Assembly: GCA_051313645.2 (NCBI GenBank)
Contig: JBNRSN020000118.1
Location: 868,001 to 932,000 of the forward strand
Direction of reading: 5' to 3'
Length of the DNA: 64,000 nucleotides
From: Centroscyllium fabricii
Taxonomy: Eukaryota
Below are positions 59,501 through 64,000 of this stretch, one piece after another; the stretch's first letter is position 1, and the number at the start of each line of letters is the position of its first letter. A program made the translations under genes and the position numbers. The notes under the pieces were generated by a model that was not told the DNA's origin, ran no database searches, and saw nothing but the letters and a program-made list of their open reading frames with translations.

Positions 59501-62500
59501 CTGCTGGAACTTGCCACAGAGGACCAGGGAATCTGCTGGAACTCGCCACAGAGGACCAGGGAATCCGTTGGAACTTGCCACAGAGGATCAGGGAATCTGC
59601 TGGAACTCGCCACAGAGGACCAGGGAATCTGCTAGAACTCATCACAGAGGACCAGGGAATCTGCTGGAACTCGCCACAGACGACCAGGGAATCTGCTGGA
59701 ACTCGCCACAGAGGACCAGGGAATCTGCTGGAACTCGCCACAGAGGACCAGAGAATCTGCTGGAACTCGCCACAGAGGACCAGGGAATCTGCTGGAACTC
59801 ACCACAGAGGACCAGGGAATCTGCTGGAACTCGCCTCAGAGGACCAGGAATCTGCTGGAACTCGCCACAGAGGACAAGGGAGTCTGCTGGAACTCGCCAC
59901 TGATGACCAGGAAATCTGCTGGAACTCGCCACAGAGGACCAGGGAATCTGCTGGAACTCACCACAGAGGACCAGGGAAGCTGCTGGATCTCGCCACAGAG
60001 GACCAGGGAATCTGCTGGAACTCACCAGAGAGGACCAGGGAATCTGCTGGAACTCACCACAGAGGACCAGGGAATCTGCTGGAACTCGCCACAGAGGACC
60101 AGGGAATCTGCTGGAACTCGCCACAGAGGACCAGGGAATCTGCTGGAACTCGCCACAGAGGACCAGGGAATCTGCTGGGACTCGCCACAGAGGACCAGGG
60201 AATCTGCTGGAACACGCCACAGAGGACCAGGGAATCTGCTGGAACTCGCCACAGAGGACCAGGGAATCTGCTGGAACTCGCCACAGACGACCAGGGAGTC
60301 TGCTGGAACTCGCCACAGAGGACCAGGGAGTCTGCTGGAACTCGCCACAGAGGACCAGGGAATCTGCTGGAACTCACCACAGAGGACCAGGGAATCTGCT
60401 GGAACTCACCAGAGAGGACCAGGGAATATGCTGTATCTCGCCACAGAGGACCAGGGAATCTGCTGGAACTCACCAGAGTGGACCAGGGAATCTGCTGGAA
60501 CTCGCCACAGAGGACCAGGGAATCTGCTGGAACTCGCCACAGAGGACCAGGGAATCTGCTGGAACTCGCCACAGAGGACCAGGGAGTCTGCTGGAACTCG
60601 CCACAGAGGACCAGTGAATCGGCTGGAACTCGCCACAGACGACCAGGGAATCTGCTGGATCTCGCCACAGAGGACCAGCGAACCTGCTGGAAATCGCCAC
60701 AGAGGACCAGGGAATCTGCTGAAACTCGCCACAGAGGAACAGGGAATCTGCTGGAACTCGCCACAGAGGACCAGGGAATCTGCTGGAACTCGCCACAGAG
60801 GAACAGGGAATCTGCTGGAACTCGCCACAGAGGACCAGGGAATCTGCTGGAACTCACCACAGAGGACCAGGGAATCTGCTGGAACTCACCACAGGGGACC
60901 AGGGAATCTGCTGGAACTCGCCACAGAGGACCAGGGAATCTGCTAGAATTCACCACAGAGGACCAGGGAATCTGCTGGAAGTTGCCACAGAGGACCAGGG
61001 AATCTACTGGAACTCACCAGAGAGGACCAGGTAATCTGCTGGAACTCACCAGAGAGGACCAGGGAATCTGCTGGAACTCGCCACAGAGGACCAGGGAATC
61101 TGCTGGAACTCGCCACAGATGACCAGGGAGGCTGCTGGAACTCGCCACAGACGACCAGGGAAACTGCTGGAACTCGCCACAGAGGACCAGGGAATCTGCT
61201 GGAACTCACCACAGAGGACCAGGGAATCTGCTGGAACTCGCCACAGAGGACCAGGGAATCTGCTAGAATTCACCACAGAGGACCAGGGAATCTGCTGGAA
61301 GTTGCCACAGAGGACCAGGTAATCTACTGGAACTCACCAGAGAGGACCAGGAAATCTGCTGGAACTCACCAGAGAGGACCAGGGAATCTGCTGGAACTCG
61401 CCACAGAGGACCAGGGAATCTGCTGGAACTCGCCACAGATGACCAGGGAGGCTGCTGGAACTCGCCACAGACGACCAGGGAAACTGCTGGAACTCGCCAC
61501 AGAGGACCAGGGAATCTGCTGGAACTCGCCACAGAGGACCAGGGAATCTGCTGGAAACCGCCACAGAGGACCAGGGAATCTGCTGGAACTCGCCACAGAG
61601 GACCAGGTAATCTGCTGGAACTCGACACAGAGGACCAGGGAATCTGCTTGAACTCGCCACAGAGGACCAGTGAATCTGCTGGAACTCGCCACAGAGGACC
61701 AGGGAATCTGCTGGAACTCGCCACAGAGGACCAAGGAATCTGCTGGAACTCGCCACAGAGGACGTGGGAATCTGCTGGAATGCTCCACAGAGGACCAGGG
61801 AATCTGCTGGAACTCGCCACAGAGGACCAGGGAATCTGCTGGAACTCGCCACAGAGGACCAGGGAATCTGCTAGAACTCACCACAGAGGACCAGGGAGTC
61901 TGCTGGAACTCGCCAAAGAGGACCAGGGAATCTGCTGGAACTCACCACAGACGACCAGGGAATCTGCTGGAACTCGCCAGAGAGGACCAGGGAATCTGCT
62001 GGAACTCGCCACAGAGTACCAGGAAATCTGCTGGAACTCGCCAGAGAGGACCAGGGAATCTGCTGGAACTCGCCACAGAGGACCAGGGAGTCTGCTGGAA
62101 CTTGCCACAGAGGACCAGGAATCTGCTGGAACTTGCCACAGAGGACCAGGGAATCTGCTGGAACTCGCCACAGAGGACCAGGGAATCCGTTGGAACTTGC
62201 CACAGAGGATCAGGGAATCTGCTGGAACTCGCCACAGAGGACCAGGGAATCTGCTAGAACTCACCACAGAGGACCAGGGAATCTGCTGGAACTCGCCACA
62301 GACGACCAGGGAATCTGCTGGAACTCGCCACAGAGGACCAGGGAATCTGCTGGAACTCGCCACAGAGGACCAGAGAATCTGCTGGAACTCGCCACAGAGG
62401 ACCAGGGAATCTGCTGGAACTCACCACAGAGGACCAGGGAATCTGCTGGAACTCGCCTCAGAGGACCAGGGAATCTGCTGGAACTCGCCACAGAGGACAA

Positions 62501-64000
62501 GGGAGTCTGCTGGAACTCGCCACTGATGACCAGGAAATCTGCTGGAACTCGCCACAGAGGACCAGGGAATCTGCTGGAACTCACCACAGAGGACCAGGGA
62601 AGCTGCTGGATCTCGCCACAGAGGACCAGGGAATCTGCTGGAACTCACCAGAGAGGACCAGGGAATCTGCTGGAACTCACCACAGAGGACCAGGGAATCT
62701 GCTGGAACTCGCCACAGAGGACCAGGGAATCTGCTGGAACTCGCCACAGAGGACCAGGGAATCTGCTGGAACTCGCCACAGAGGACCAGGGAATCTGCTG
62801 GGACTCGCCACAGAGGACCAGGGAATCTGCTGGAACACGCCACAGAGGACCAGGGAATCTGCTGGAACTCGCCACAGAGGACCAGGGAATCTGCTGGAAC
62901 TCGCCACAGACGACCAGGGAGTCTGCTGGAACTCGCCACAGAGGACCAGGGTGTCTGCTGGAACTCGCCACAGAGGACCAGGGAATCTGCTGGAACTCAC
63001 CACAGAGGACCAGGGAATCTGCTGGAACTCACCAGAGAGGACCAGGGAATATGCTGTATCTCGCCACAGAGGACCAGGGAATCTGCTGGAACTCACCAGA
63101 GAGGACCAGGGAATCTGCTGGAACTCGCCACAGAGGACCAGGGAATCTGCTGCAACTCGCCACAGAGGACCAGGGAATCTGCTGGAACTCGCCACAGAGG
63201 ACCAGGGAGTCTGCTGGAACTCGCCACAGAGGACCAGGGAATCGGCTGGAACTCGCCACAGACGACCAGGGAATCTGCTGGATCTCGCCACAGAGGACCA
63301 GCGAACCTGCTGGAAATCGCCACAGAGGACCAGGGAATCTGCTGAAACTCGCCACAGAGGAACAGGGAATCTGCTGGAACTCGCCACAGAGGACCAGGGA
63401 ATCTGCTGGAACTCGCCACAGAGGACCAGGGAATCTGCTGGAACTCGCCACAGAGGACCAGGGAATCTGCTGGAACTCACCACAGAGGACCAGGGAATCT
63501 GCTGGAACTCACCACAGGGGACCAGGGAATCTGCTGGAACTCGCCACAGAGGACCAGGGAATCTGCTAGAATTCACCACAGAGGACCAGGGAATCTGCTG
63601 GAAGTTGCCACAGAGGACCAGGGAATCTACTGGAACTCACCAGAGAGGACCAGGTAATCTGCTGGAACTCACCAGAGAGGACCAGGGAATCTGCTGGAAC
63701 TCGCCACAGAGGACCAGGGAATCTGCTGGAACTCGCCACAGATGACCAGGGAGGCTGCTGGAACTCGCCACAGACGACCAGGGAAACTGCTGGAACTCGC
63801 CACAGAGGACCAGGGAATCTGCTGGAACTCACCACAGAGTACCAGGGAATCTGCTGGAACTCACCACAGAGGACCAGGGAATCTGCTAGAATTCACCACA
63901 GAGGACCAGGGAATCTGCTGGAAGTTGCCACAGAGGACCAGGGAATCTACTGGAACTCACCAGAGAGGACCAGGAAATCTGCTGGAACTCACCAGAGAGG
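29529..64000. repeat. 32-bp satellite array, consensus GGAATCTGCTGGAACTCGCCACAGAGGACCAG, ~1,075 head-to-tail monomers, continuing past the window end
   Basis: Directly visible tandem repeat in one orientation, mostly 0-3 substitutions per monomer. The only indels seen are 1-bp G deletions. No spacers or insertions. Confidence 0.99.

Noticed and set aside
29279-63835. Hundreds of ORFs in the satellite, including 29279-30259 entering from unique DNA and 59026-61122 (698 aa)
   Set aside because: They result from a stop-free 32-bp monomer. They occur in all six frames, mostly begin at non-ATG or variant-created starts, and are broken at random by point variants and 1-bp deletions.
29529-64000. 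CRISPR array (32-bp repeats)
   Set aside because: Repeats are directly head-to-tail with no unique spacers, there are no cas genes, and the context is eukaryotic

Overview
This window is eukaryotic repeat-rich DNA. It is probably from a cartilaginous fish, judged only from my recognition of its SINE and CR1 fragments. It has three parts. (1) Positions 1-27,173 hold a dense cluster of seven Ty3/Gypsy LTR retrotransposons from two families. Elements A, D and F are CsRn1-like (tRNA-Trp PBS, CHCC gag motif, 4-bp TSD proven for F). Elements B, C, E and G are Mag-like (double zinc knuckle, 5-bp TSD proven for E and G). They are nested as A-in-B-in-C-in-D and F-in-G, and E and G sit 4 bp apart inside one CR1 fragment. 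(2) Positions ~27.2-29.5 kb are host DNA with old SINE/LINE fragments. (3) Positions 29,529-64,000 are an uninterrupted 32-bp satellite (~1,075 monomers) with layered higher-order repeats; all ORF-track entries there are artefacts of a stop-free monomer. The most interesting signal is that the Mag-like elements have no tRNA primer-binding site. In its place is a 12-13 nt sequence perfectly complementary to the element's own poly(A)-signal segment in the LTR, ~40 nt downstream of a conserved TATA/Inr. The pairing shows compensatory changes across three divergent elements and has co-varying U5 hairpins. This suggests tRNA-independent self-priming with a geometry different from Tf1/sushi. All alignments and counts were done by eye.
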